DNA of 63,862 nt, the filler included, from Lama guanicoe (Eukaryota), in assembly GCA_013239625.1 (NCBI GenBank). It is 162 parts of 162 records of this genome, joined end to end, with 100 filler letters (N's around TTAATTAATTAA, not from the genome) between each part and the next. Parts side by side here need not be neighbours in the genome. Positions count along the whole stretch, not along the records: positions 52,880 to 53,175 come from PNXV01054024.1; positions 53,276 to 53,571 come from PNXV01054025.1; positions 53,672 to 53,966 come from PNXV01054026.1; positions 54,067 to 54,361 come from PNXV01054027.1; positions 54,462 to 54,757 come from PNXV01054028.1; positions 54,858 to 55,153 come from PNXV01054029.1; positions 55,254 to 55,549 come from PNXV01054030.1; positions 55,650 to 55,945 come from PNXV01054031.1; 154 more parts are not named here. The stretch is one strand, 5' to 3'. Of the stretch, positions 52,880 through 63,862 are shown piece by piece (position 1 is the stretch's first letter; every line of letters starts with the position of its first letter). A model generated the notes under the pieces. The model saw nothing but the letters and a program-made list of their open reading frames with translations. It had not been told where the DNA came from and searched no databases. Position numbers and translations under genes: made by a program.

Positions 52880-53000
52880 TCAGTCTATCAACTCAAATAT
52901 TACTCTCATCAGGAAATACTCTTACAGACACACCCAGAATAACTTTTAATCAGATATCTGGGCACTCCATGGCCAGTCAGGTTGATGCATTAATCATTAC
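52880..53000 (+). mobile_element. MLT2 (ERVL) LTR end
   Basis: acagacacacccagaataac...atatctgggcactccatggccagtcaggttga. Confidence 0.7.
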
Positions 53001-53275
53001 CTGCATAATTTAAAAATACTTAGAAATGAACATTGAAGTAAGTTATAGGTAAAATTATTATTTGGAAATGCTTATTTTAGAAAATAAGAAAGACTAAAAG
53101 TTCATGAGCATATTTCCCAACTGAAAAATTACAAAATACATTTAAAAAGCAAAACAAATCCAAAATTTAGAAGAANNNNNNNNNNNNNNNNNNNNNNNNN
53201 NNNNNNNNNNNNNNNNNNNTTAATTAATTAANNNNNNNNNNNNNNNNNNNNNNNNNNNNNNNNNNNNNNNNNNNN

Positions 53276-53571
53276 GGCCTGTCCACACCAGTACTGGGGT
53301 GCTTAGGTTATGCAATTAGCCAGGCAAGGACACAGCCCCAACCACCAGCAGGCCACCTGCCTGAGGATCTGCGGGCCCACAGCTGCTCCAGGACCCAGCC
53401 CTGCCCACCAGAGGGCCCTGGACTGGCCTCACACGCCAACGCACTGGCTCTAGCCCTAGGACCTCCAAAGCCCTTCAGCAAGAGACCACCAGACCCAGAC
53501 GAGCCAAGCAGCAGGCCAGAAGCAGCCCTGGGACCAGCCTCAATCACCGGGGGACAGACACCAGCTCCCCA
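53276..53571 (+). mobile_element. Probable L1 5' UTR/pre-ORF1 region (artiodactyl-type)
   Basis: Repeated cccaccagagggc / accagcctca...gggacagacaccag motifs recalled from artiodactyl L1 5' regions. Confidence 0.5.
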
Positions 53572-53671
53572 NNNNNNNNNNNNNNNNNNNNNNNNNNNNN
53601 NNNNNNNNNNNNNNNTTAATTAATTAANNNNNNNNNNNNNNNNNNNNNNNNNNNNNNNNNNNNNNNNNNNN

Positions 53672-53966
53672 TTTGTAAAAGGATGTTGCCTAGAGCCTGA
53701 AATAGACAGGACAGCCCATTGTCAAGGCTCTGACCTTTAAGGGTGTGGCACTTTCCCATTCACACAGAGGCAAAAGCTTGCAGAACAAAGAATACCGTTT
53801 GTCCTGTTGGAGGATTACAGGAACACCATGACTTGACCCACGGGCACAGCTGCAAGAACAAAGGATTCCTACACCAGGAAGTTTGCAACCACCAGCCACA
53901 CCCCCTCCCCTTTTTAGTATAAAAGGAACCTGAATTCTGCCTTGGGGAAGATGGCTCTCCAGGACA
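53672..53966 (+). mobile_element. ERV1-class LTR, U3 with TATA box
   Basis: TATAAAA at 53918-53924; ends in ctccaggaca, matching ctccaagaca at the start of the 34319 LTR piece. Confidence 0.75.
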
Positions 53967-56045
53967 NNNNNNNNNNNNNNNNNNNNNNNNNNNNNNNNNN
54001 NNNNNNNNNNTTAATTAATTAANNNNNNNNNNNNNNNNNNNNNNNNNNNNNNNNNNNNNNNNNNNNTCATGTGCCTACTGAGAATGCCTTTCTTTTGTGA
54101 AGAGGAAAGAAAATAACTGTGGATGGGTAAATGGGAAAGTATTTGTCTAATGCCAAATTATATTCCTAGGCAGGTCATGAAGAGGGGTCACATGGAATTT
54201 GAGGATCTGGAAATTGACCCCCTTAAGACTTTTCTTGACAACGTATCTAATGTTTTTCATGGGTTTTCATATCTACTTTTTAAAATAATTTTTAAAATTG
54301 AAGTAGAGTTGCTTTACAATGCTGTGTTAGTTTCTGGTGTACAGCATAGTGATTCAATTATNNNNNNNNNNNNNNNNNNNNNNNNNNNNNNNNNNNNNNN
54401 NNNNNTTAATTAATTAANNNNNNNNNNNNNNNNNNNNNNNNNNNNNNNNNNNNNNNNNNNNCAGAAGGCTAAACAAAGTGTGTTAGTAAGTGTTTCCATA
54501 AATTATAGAATATATTTTGTGAAGACCAACAGTCAGCTTTGAGGCTATGCCTTCATCTTCCAGATGCTTCTAGTGAGTAATGATGCCATGATGATTTAAT
54601 CATAAGTGCAAATTCTAGAGCTACCCTGCTACAAACCTGCTAATAGGTAGTTTTCCAGTTGGTCTCCTTTCTTTAAATTACTTTTCTTTCCCAGAGACTA
54701 GTTCATCAATGTAATCAAAATTACATTATATATAATAATCTTAGGAAGGACAATTACNNNNNNNNNNNNNNNNNNNNNNNNNNNNNNNNNNNNNNNNNNN
54801 NTTAATTAATTAANNNNNNNNNNNNNNNNNNNNNNNNNNNNNNNNNNNNNNNNNNNNGTCCCTGACATGACCTGGCTCCTGGTGAAAAGGAAAGACACTG
54901 AAACATGACTTGAGCCTGTCAGGACTCTCCAGGCTCAGGGAGGGATGCAGAAGTGGCCAGGCGTGTGTGTCACAGCAGAGGGGAAGCATGGGTGAAGGGA
55001 GCCACTCCTGGCAATGAGGACTTAATGGAATGTGTGATCCAGCCTGAGGATGATGCTTTCTGTGCAGGCTTCACAGGCTCTGCTGACTGAGTGGGGCTGA
55101 GTGTGGTGGACAGGGTGGCTGCCTGATGCTCAGTAGGCCCTCGAGGGCTGGTGNNNNNNNNNNNNNNNNNNNNNNNNNNNNNNNNNNNNNNNNNNNNTTA
55201 ATTAATTAANNNNNNNNNNNNNNNNNNNNNNNNNNNNNNNNNNNNNNNNNNNNAGCCCCAGGCCCCTGCCTTTACTCCTCTCCTCCCACTAAGCTCAGCC
55301 TCTGGTCTGAGCTCCAACCTGCCAAGTTCATTTCCACCCCAGAGTCTTTGCACTTGCTGTTCCCTCTTCCCCAAACACTTTTTCCCTAGGGGTTCTTAAC
55401 CAGCGGGTCCATAGGATGAGGTGGATTTCCATTTCACTGAATTTAATTAATTTTCCTATGAAACACTTTGCATATTATTTTATGCATCATCTAGGGAAGG
55501 CGTCCTGAGGCTTTGCCACACTGTCCCAGCACCTGTGCCACAGAAGAGGNNNNNNNNNNNNNNNNNNNNNNNNNNNNNNNNNNNNNNNNNNNNTTAATTA
55601 ATTAANNNNNNNNNNNNNNNNNNNNNNNNNNNNNNNNNNNNNNNNNNNNAATCTGCATGTATCATTTCTCAAGCAAGAAAGTGAACATTGGAAATGACAA
55701 TATATTGTGATCAGAGCCACCATCATATTACCAGTCGGCTTCAAGGAGGCCAAATCACTGGTATTGGGAGACAAGATGTGCTATTAGTTTGAGAAATAAA
55801 AATGACTGCTCAGAAGTTGTATTCCTCTCCCTAAACCGTTCTCGAAGGGTCATTCTTGCATATTGTTCATCTGCAGGGTTAGCATTTGGCCTTTCCTATA
55901 ACAAGATGAGAGACTGAGTGGAGCAGAAATGATAAAAGTGAAAGGNNNNNNNNNNNNNNNNNNNNNNNNNNNNNNNNNNNNNNNNNNNNTTAATTAATTA
56001 ANNNNNNNNNNNNNNNNNNNNNNNNNNNNNNNNNNNNNNNNNNNN

Positions 56046-56341
56046 CACAGAAAAAGAAAAATCAGTGGTTGCCAGGGATTGGGGGTGAGGGAGGAATGAA
56101 TAGGTAGAGCACAGGGGATTTTTAAGACAGTGAGATTATTCTGTATGAAACTGTAATAGTGGATACATGTCATTATGTATTTGTCCAAATCCATAGAATG
56201 TACAATATCAAGAGTGAACCAAGTGGAGTCTGCTCACAGTTGGGGAGGCTCTGTGTGCATGGGGTTGGGGAGAGAGATATATGTGAACTCTCTGTGCTTT
56301 TTACTCAGTTTTGCTGTGAACTCAAAACTGTTCTAAAAAAA
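56046..56341 (+). mobile_element. L1MC-type 3' end
   Basis: atcagtggttgccaggg...tttgtccaaatccatagaatgtacaa...ttttgctgtgaac. Confidence 0.82.
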
Positions 56342-57498
56342 NNNNNNNNNNNNNNNNNNNNNNNNNNNNNNNNNNNNNNNNNNNNTTAATTAATTAANNN
56401 NNNNNNNNNNNNNNNNNNNNNNNNNNNNNNNNNNNNNNNNNATGAGTGCGTGTGTGCTCTTAAAATCTGCTCTGTTGGCAGCCTCCAGCCGTACTGAGCT
56501 GCAGCTTGGGCAGTCGAAAGGATCTTTTCAGGGACCTCCTGTTATTGCTGTTATCATTTTTATTACAGATTACATAGATCTTGAGGAGTTTCTTCTTAAT
56601 TTTATTTTCCTAAAATCCTCATTGTTTTTAAAGCACTGTTTTGCAGAATGTGGGGTTTTTTTCCACAAACACTTGTATCACATTATGGCAGAAACACCTG
56701 TCTAGGAGGGAAGGGGAAACCGTAAGGTATGGGATGGNNNNNNNNNNNNNNNNNNNNNNNNNNNNNNNNNNNNNNNNNNNNTTAATTAATTAANNNNNNN
56801 NNNNNNNNNNNNNNNNNNNNNNNNNNNNNNNNNNNNNGACTGTCTCAGCGCATGAATAGCTTTCGTTGTTTTCCATAGAAGAGTTTGTGGTAGGGTATGT
56901 GGTCTCTCATCTTGCCAGAAACTGAAGTCTAAATCTTAATGTGTATAAAGAATATTCTTTAAATTAGACCATTGATTCTTAACTTCCCACTTCAGAAATG
57001 GGGAGATTTGTTTTCTTATGATTTCTCATAATTCTCCACTCATACCTGCTGATTTTTGTTGGTTCCTGTAATACTATTTTTACGTTGTCAAGATTTGTGC
57101 AACTTATGTTTTGTTTAGCCACCATCATGCCCANNNNNNNNNNNNNNNNNNNNNNNNNNNNNNNNNNNNNNNNNNNNTTAATTAATTAANNNNNNNNNNN
57201 NNNNNNNNNNNNNNNNNNNNNNNNNNNNNNNNNGGAGAAAGGGATCTGGGAGTCCTTGGAGATGCAATGGAGCAAGATTCTAATCAAACACATATACAGG
57301 GTAAGGAATTGTCTTGTTATTTCACACTATGAAAAAACAGACTTTTCCCCAAGCGCAGTATATCAGGGACTACTGGACACCCGAGTCAGGCACTGGGTCC
57401 CATGATTAAAAAATCAAAGCCTGGATAGGCTGGGAAAGTACTGGACACCTGACCTACATTATAGCTCTGTATGTCTGGTTAAAAGAAAATAGAGTATC

Positions 57499-57529
57499 GG
57501 GGGGGTCAAGATGGCAGAGTCATAGGACC
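57499..57529 (+). mobile_element. 5' terminus of a probable full-length L1
   Basis: G-run plus caagatggc (YY1-type motif), directly after tt/aaaagaaaatagagtatc. Confidence 0.6.
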
Positions 57530-58025
57530 NNNNNNNNNNNNNNNNNNNNNNNNNNNNNNNNNNNNNNNNNNNNTTAATTAATTAANNNNNNNNNNNNNNN
57601 NNNNNNNNNNNNNNNNNNNNNNNNNNNNNTTTTTTTTTTTTTGTACTTTGATCTCATCCCTTTGCCTACTTCTCAACTTCAATGCTTATTGGATGAACGA
57701 AGGAACTGCTCTCTCTAGAACAAACTGATTCTCTTAAAAGATACCTCCTCACTGCTATGGAGTTGCTGTTATGTTAAGTCCACATCAATCTTGCTACTCT
57801 AAGAGCAAGGTAGGCACAAAGATGGGGCATCTCAAATAGATCCTTATTGCCCTCTTGTTGCAGATGAGACATTAAAGCCATATGTCCCCAGCTGTGTAGC
57901 AACCGGCTGAACTGGGACAGGAAGCNNNNNNNNNNNNNNNNNNNNNNNNNNNNNNNNNNNNNNNNNNNNTTAATTAATTAANNNNNNNNNNNNNNNNNNN
58001 NNNNNNNNNNNNNNNNNNNNNNNNN

Positions 58026-58320
58026 AACTCATTCTATGAAGCCACCATCACCCTGATACCAAAACCAGAGAAAGACACTATCAAAAAGGAAAATTATAAG
58101 CCAATATCACTGATTAACATACATGCAAAAATCCTCAACAAAATAGTAGCAAACAGAATCCAACAGCACATAAAAAAAGATCTTACACCATGATCAAGTT
58201 GGATTCAGCCCAGTATCACAAGGATGGTTCAACATATGCAAATCGGTCAATGTGATACACCACATCAACAAAAGAAATGACGAAAATCACATGATCATCT
58301 CAATAGATGCAGGAAAAGCA
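58026..58320 (+). mobile_element. Low-divergence L1 ORF2 RT fragment
   Basis: [17 protein letters not shown]...[16 protein letters not shown], +1 A in the A-run at ~58172, then HHDQVGF...HMIISIDA. Confidence 0.95.
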
Positions 58321-58544
58321 NNNNNNNNNNNNNNNNNNNNNNNNNNNNNNNNNNNNNNNNNNNNTTAATTAATTAANNNNNNNNNNNNNNNNNNNNNNNN
58401 NNNNNNNNNNNNNNNNNNNNGCAGATTTAACGTTTAGGCCACTTCTAAGGACCTCATGTCAGTCCCGGCAAGGAAGGGTAGCCATCCTCGGGGTTCCAGG
58501 AGGTCTCTTTGTAACGGATGGAAGCAGCACGTCTTGGCGTCCAA

Positions 58545-58670
58545 GAGAAGCCTGCCTTTGAATTCAGGCTCTTTCGTTGGTTGGTTTATGGCCCAGGGCA
58601 AGTCTCTTCAACTTCCCCGAACCTCAGACTCCCCATCTGTGAAATGGGATCCTACTGTCGTGAGGACTGT
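58545..58670 (+). mobile_element. MIR SINE fragment
   Basis: gggcaagtctct...acctcagactccccatctgtgaaatggg. Confidence 0.7.
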
Positions 58671-58959
58671 CTGACAGCTTGAGGGTCAGCTGAAGACTCA
58701 ATGCGCAGCATGTGCTNNNNNNNNNNNNNNNNNNNNNNNNNNNNNNNNNNNNNNNNNNNNTTAATTAATTAANNNNNNNNNNNNNNNNNNNNNNNNNNNN
58801 NNNNNNNNNNNNNNNNAGAAGGAAAAGTGAAAGGAGAGGGGGCATAGAGAAGGACTCCCTGGCTTTTGGTCCAGCCCAGGGTGGTCCAGACGCTGAACCC
58901 CATGAGGAAGAGCAGAGCGAGGAGCTGTCCAGTCTCCTGCTTCAGGCTCTGCCAGCACC

Positions 58960-59112
58960 CGGCCTGGGTCCAGCCCCGGGCCTCCCACTTCCCAGCTGGG
59001 CAACCTGGAGTAGATCACTTACCCTCACCGCACCTCAGTTTCCTCCTCCACAGAATGGGAATAATAATAATACAGTCTGGCTCATGGGGTTGCTGTGAGG
59101 TGAGATGGGTTC
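58960..59112 (+). mobile_element. MIR SINE fragment
   Basis: cctcagtttcctcctccacagaatgggaataataata...gttgctgtgagg. Confidence 0.8.
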
Positions 59113-59212
59113 NNNNNNNNNNNNNNNNNNNNNNNNNNNNNNNNNNNNNNNNNNNNTTAATTAATTAANNNNNNNNNNNNNNNNNNNNNNNNNNNNNNNN
59201 NNNNNNNNNNNN

Positions 59213-59507
59213 AAAAGGATAAAATAATGCACTTTGAAGCAACATGGATTGACTTGCAGATATATCATTCTAAATGAAGCCAGAAAATGAAATAAAAATA
59301 CCATATTATATCACTTATATGTGGAATCTAAAAATAAATGAGACAAATCACTTGTTAACAAAACATAACAGACCTACACACATAGACAACAAACTTGTGG
59401 TTACCAAGGGCTAAAGAGGGGTGGATAGATAAATTGGGAGTTTGGGATTTGCAGATACAACTACTATATATAAAACAGATAAACAACAAGGTCCTACTGT
59501 AGAGCAC
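59213..59507 (+). mobile_element. L1 3' UTR
   Basis: tcacttatatgtggaatct...aaacagataaacaacaaggtcctactgtagagcac. Confidence 0.9.
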
Positions 59508-61191
59508 NNNNNNNNNNNNNNNNNNNNNNNNNNNNNNNNNNNNNNNNNNNNTTAATTAATTAANNNNNNNNNNNNNNNNNNNNNNNNNNNNNNNNNNNNN
59601 NNNNNNNTTTTTATCATCCCCCAAAGGAAACTTATGTTCAAAAACGGCCACTTGGAAACCTGCTTCCTAGTCCTAGGCAACCTCTAATCCACTAATCTAT
59701 TTTTTGTCTCTGTGTATTTGCCTGTTCTTGACCTTTCATATGAATGGAATCATACAATAGGTGGTTTTTTGTGTCTGGCTTCTTCCATTTCTTCTAATAG
59801 ATGAACCTCAAAAACATTAGGCATTTCTGTTTAGGACAAGACAGAAACACTTTTTTTGAATGGCAGGCTCTTTTTCATTATATGTCAAGCATACACACAC
59901 ACANNNNNNNNNNNNNNNNNNNNNNNNNNNNNNNNNNNNNNNNNNNNTTAATTAATTAANNNNNNNNNNNNNNNNNNNNNNNNNNNNNNNNNNNNNNNNN
60001 NNNAGGTGCCCAAGATACTACGGTGACCAATGCAGACAAATCTTTGCTCTTTGGAGCTTACATTTCCATGCTTAGGTATTTTCTCAACAAGGAGAACAAA
60101 ATAAGATGGCAAAGTAAGTCTAAGCAGAGCTACCTTAAAATGCCACAGGTGACTTTTTTTTTTAAGTTGGGAATTGAAGTGAATTTGAGATTTTTCTATA
60201 TGCTTTTCTTGGGGAATTTGAAAATGGAGGTGCAAATGGAAGGTGCAAAGGCATAAAACACTACCTATCCAGCACTAATTAGTATTTCCAGAATGAAAAN
60301 NNNNNNNNNNNNNNNNNNNNNNNNNNNNNNNNNNNNNNNNNNNTTAATTAATTAANNNNNNNNNNNNNNNNNNNNNNNNNNNNNNNNNNNNNNNNNNNNC
60401 AGCCCCAGGCAAATTGAGATGGCTGGTCACACTACTGGCAGGCTCCATCTGTGACACGTTGGAGTTAAAGTTATGAACCAGATGGACAAGGTCCTTCCCT
60501 CAAGGAGCTTACAGCCTGTAAAGTGGGAAATGATCACAAAAAGCAGTCGACAATTTGAGCACACTGTTGAAAGGCTGGCACCGAGTATCATGAATGCACA
60601 GAATAAAAAGCAATGGTTATTGCATGTGTGTGCATACGCATGTCTGTGTGTGTGTGTGTGTTTGGGGCAGAGTTTGGTCTGCAGATAAGATGGTANNNNN
60701 NNNNNNNNNNNNNNNNNNNNNNNNNNNNNNNNNNNNNNNTTAATTAATTAANNNNNNNNNNNNNNNNNNNNNNNNNNNNNNNNNNNNNNNNNNNNATCAG
60801 GCAGGGATGCCTACATCAGAATTTTATTCGGGAGTTCATAACTCAAGAAGTAAAGAATAAGAACCTTCTCTTCATGGCTGCAGGGCCAATCAGCTGGAGC
60901 TCTTAACTCACTGAACAAGGTTCTAGACTTGGGGGACTTTCCATGGCTGCTTAGCTTCAAGCTCTTCCAATGGTTCTGCGAATTACTTGATGTCTTCTTA
61001 ATTAATTCTTTTGCCTTCTTAACTCAGCCGGAATCTACCTCTATTGCTTGCAATTAAAAGCCCTGACTGATGCAATGGTCAAAACACATAANNNNNNNNN
61101 NNNNNNNNNNNNNNNNNNNNNNNNNNNNNNNNNNNTTAATTAATTAANNNNNNNNNNNNNNNNNNNNNNNNNNNNNNNNNNNNNNNNNNNN

Positions 61192-61487
61192 TAAAAAGAA
61201 TGAAATTCTGCTATTTGCAACAATATGGATGGACTTGGAGGGTATTATACTAAGTGAAATGAGACAGAGAAAGACAGATACTATATATCACTTATATGTG
61301 TAATCTAAAAAATAAAACAAACTGGTGACTATAACAAAAAGAAACAGACTCACAGATATAAAGAACAAACTAGTGGTTACCAGTGAAGAGAGGGGTGGGG
61401 GTAAGGATGAGATAGTGGTAGGGGATTAAGAGGTACAGACTATATTAAAATAGCATCCAAAGTAATAAAATACCTTGGAATAAATCT
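61192..61487 (+). mobile_element. L1 3' UTR followed by an ORF2-like piece
   Basis: aagaatgaaattctgctatttgcaacaa...aaactagtggttaccag, then atagcatccaaagtaataaaataccttggaataaat. Confidence 0.88.
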
Positions 61488-61597
61488 NNNNNNNNNNNNN
61501 NNNNNNNNNNNNNNNNNNNNNNNNNNNNNNNTTAATTAATTAANNNNNNNNNNNNNNNNNNNNNNNNNNNNNNNNNNNNNNNNNNNNTTTTTTTTTT

Positions 61598-61883
61598 GCA
61601 GATTTTGATAAGCTTATCTTAAAATTCAAATAAAAATATAAGGGGCCCAGAATAACCAAAAGCTTCTTAAAAACAGGAGAGCAAAGTTGAAGGACTAATA
61701 CTTTTTGATTTCAAAACTGACTGTAAACCTCCAGTAATCACGACATATATCTGCATAAATATATATGCACCAATGTTCCTGGCAGCATTATTCACAACAG
61801 CCAAAGAGTGGGAAAAGCCCAAGTCAATAAAATGATAAATGGATAAACAAATATGGTATACTGATACAATCAAATATTATTCA
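61598..61883 (+). mobile_element. Old L1 ORF2 fragments with an internal deletion
   Basis: gcaaagttgaaggactaatact... joined to gcagcattattcacaacagccaaa. Confidence 0.8.
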
Positions 61884-63171
61884 NNNNNNNNNNNNNNNNN
61901 NNNNNNNNNNNNNNNNNNNNNNNNNNNTTAATTAATTAANNNNNNNNNNNNNNNNNNNNNNNNNNNNNNNNNNNNNNNNNNNNCATTTAATTTAACTATA
62001 GGAATAATTAGGAATATGGATTTACATCAGTATGAGTTAAGAGATTTGAGATGGGACTCCGTCACTGTTTGCTAAATGGAAAACAACAAATAATCCTTTT
62101 GTGATTCTCAAAAATGATATTGATCTTTCTTTCATTGTCCTTTTAACCCATATCAACCACTTTGATAATAAAAATATGCCCTTTAAATTAGCATAAGTAT
62201 GTAAATATTTTATATTGATGAGGTGTGATAAATAGGACCTTTTACATAATTCAGGTGGAAGTGTAATTGTTACAGCTTTNNNNNNNNNNNNNNNNNNNNN
62301 NNNNNNNNNNNNNNNNNNNNNNNTTAATTAATTAANNNNNNNNNNNNNNNNNNNNNNNNNNNNNNNNNNNNNNNNNNNNCTCGTGATGCTCCTTTGTGAA
62401 TCTCCTGTTGCATTTGATGTGCTTGTTTTCAGGACCAAATGATCTCCAGTCCTCTCCAAGATCAGATTTATGAATAAAACTATTCAATGCTTGTAAGATG
62501 AACATAGGTGTGAACTTGATTTTTGTAGAATTTAGATCAGTGGCTAGGGGATTTCTTTCCCCCATCATGTCCCTCCACTCTGCACAGCCCCAGACTACTC
62601 CTCCACACACAGGCTGTCTATCTAGCTGCACTGGGTCCCTGGCTTTCGTCCTGCCCCTCCTCCTCCAGACTGGACNNNNNNNNNNNNNNNNNNNNNNNNN
62701 NNNNNNNNNNNNNNNNNNNTTAATTAATTAANNNNNNNNNNNNNNNNNNNNNNNNNNNNNNNNNNNNNNNNNNNNTGGGGAATAAGAGCCAATATTTTGT
62801 AATACCTGTAAGTGGAAAGTGACCTCTAATATTCTATTTAAAATTAAAGTAAAAATACTCAGACTATGAAAACAACAGGGAAATCTAAGCTCACATGGGA
62901 AAGAAAATCAATGCAGAAAAGAATGAAATGCTGGGATTATCTGACAACATCCTCAAAGCAGCTACTGTACAAATGCTTCAACAAAGCAATCATGCTCACG
63001 TTTGAAACAAATGTAGAAACAGAAATTCTTAACACCAAAACACACAGAGAGAGAGCTTATATTTCAAGAAANNNNNNNNNNNNNNNNNNNNNNNNNNNNN
63101 NNNNNNNNNNNNNNNTTAATTAATTAANNNNNNNNNNNNNNNNNNNNNNNNNNNNNNNNNNNNNNNNNNNN

Positions 63172-63466
63172 CTAAAAAAATGATACAAATGAACTTATTT
63201 ACAAAACAGAATCAGACTCATAGAAGATGAATTTATGGTTACCAAAAGGGAAAGGGGTAGGGGAGGGATAGGGAGGGATAAATTAGGAGCTTGGGATCAA
63301 CATATACATAGCATTACATATAAAGCAGATAAACAAGGACCTACTCGAGAGCACAGGGAACTATGTTCAATAACTTGTAATAACCTATAATTAAAAAGAA
63401 TATGAATGTACATGTATATGTGTAACTGAATCACTTTGCTGTATACCTGAAACTAACACAACACTG
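63172..63466 (+). mobile_element. L1 3' UTR
   Basis: gatacaaatgaacttatttacaaaacaga...actttgctgtatacctgaaactaacacaacact. Confidence 0.92.
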
Positions 63467-63640
63467 NNNNNNNNNNNNNNNNNNNNNNNNNNNNNNNNNN
63501 NNNNNNNNNNTTAATTAATTAANNNNNNNNNNNNNNNNNNNNNNNNNNNNNNNNNNNNNNNNNNNNTCTGATTGGTTGATGTTGAGGTAACAGGACGGTG
63601 AATACTGTCAACTCTTAGGTGCCAGAAGGTCTTGAGGCTA

Positions 63641-63862
63641 CACATTCCTTTCCGGCCTAGAATGTTTCTGCTGAAAAGTCAGCTTACAGTCTTATGGGAG
63701 TTCCCTTTTATGTAACTAGTTGCTTGTCTCTTGCTGCTTTTAATATTTTCATTATCTTTAATTTTTGCCATTTAAATTATAATGTATCTTCAGGTAGGTG
63801 AGTCTTGTTTGAAATTCTCTGTAATTCCTGTACTTGAATGTCTGTTTCCTTTCCCAGGTTAC
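63641..63862 (-). mobile_element. L1 ORF1 fragment
   Basis: gtttctgctgaaaagtcagct...ttatgggagttccctt...tctcttgctgcttttaatatt. Confidence 0.8.

Larger units (their letters stand above)
1..63862. other. Artificial concatenation of ~162 short (293-296 bp) unplaced mammalian contigs
   Basis: Strict ~394-396 bp periodicity, identical spacer between blocks, no sequence continuity across spacers. Confidence 0.98.

Noticed and set aside
62380..62631. Minus-strand ORF, or a plus-strand terminal exon (ttttcag...AATAAA)
   Set aside because: No recognisable protein; the motifs are expected by chance
339..63123. Many ORFs sharing C-termini X..XLIN or X..XN
   Set aside because: Produced by translating through N runs into TTAATTAATTAA; not a protein family
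295..63566. Regular repeat-spacer pattern resembling a CRISPR array or a new tandem system
   Set aside because: The repeat is an N-padded synthetic six-frame stop linker, the intervening pieces are ordinary mammalian DNA, and there are no cas genes
1..63862. Bacterial or phage contamination, numts, rRNA
   Set aside because: No contig was recognisable as such by eye; BLAST would be needed to exclude them fully

Overview
This window is not contiguous genomic DNA. It is an artificial concatenation (chrUn-style pseudo-scaffold) of about 162 unrelated contigs of 293-296 bp, joined by an identical 100-bp spacer (N44-TTAATTAATTAA-N44) that carries stop codons in all six frames. The contigs are ordered by increasing length. 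The DNA is eutherian: it contains L1, L2, MIR, MLT/MaLR, MER DNA transposons and ERV LTRs. A tRNA-derived SINE and the L1 3' ends suggest a camelid (inference). Almost every ORF in the track is spurious and runs into the spacer, hence the '...XXXLIN' endings. Three fragments have recognisable non-L1 protein homology: an intronless AP1S2 retrocopy (21288-21582, -), an ANKRD26-family coiled-coil fragment (31554-31848, -) and an uninterrupted betaretrovirus-like (JSRV-like) reverse transcriptase fragment (40242-40536, +). Other notable items are a ~245-249-bp satellite family seen in three separate contigs, an 18/19-bp minisatellite and the probable 5' junction of a full-length L1. Adjacency between contigs has no biological meaning, and I find no support for a multi-gene novel system here. 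Repeat family names come from remembered consensus similarity and need RepeatMasker/Dfam confirmation.
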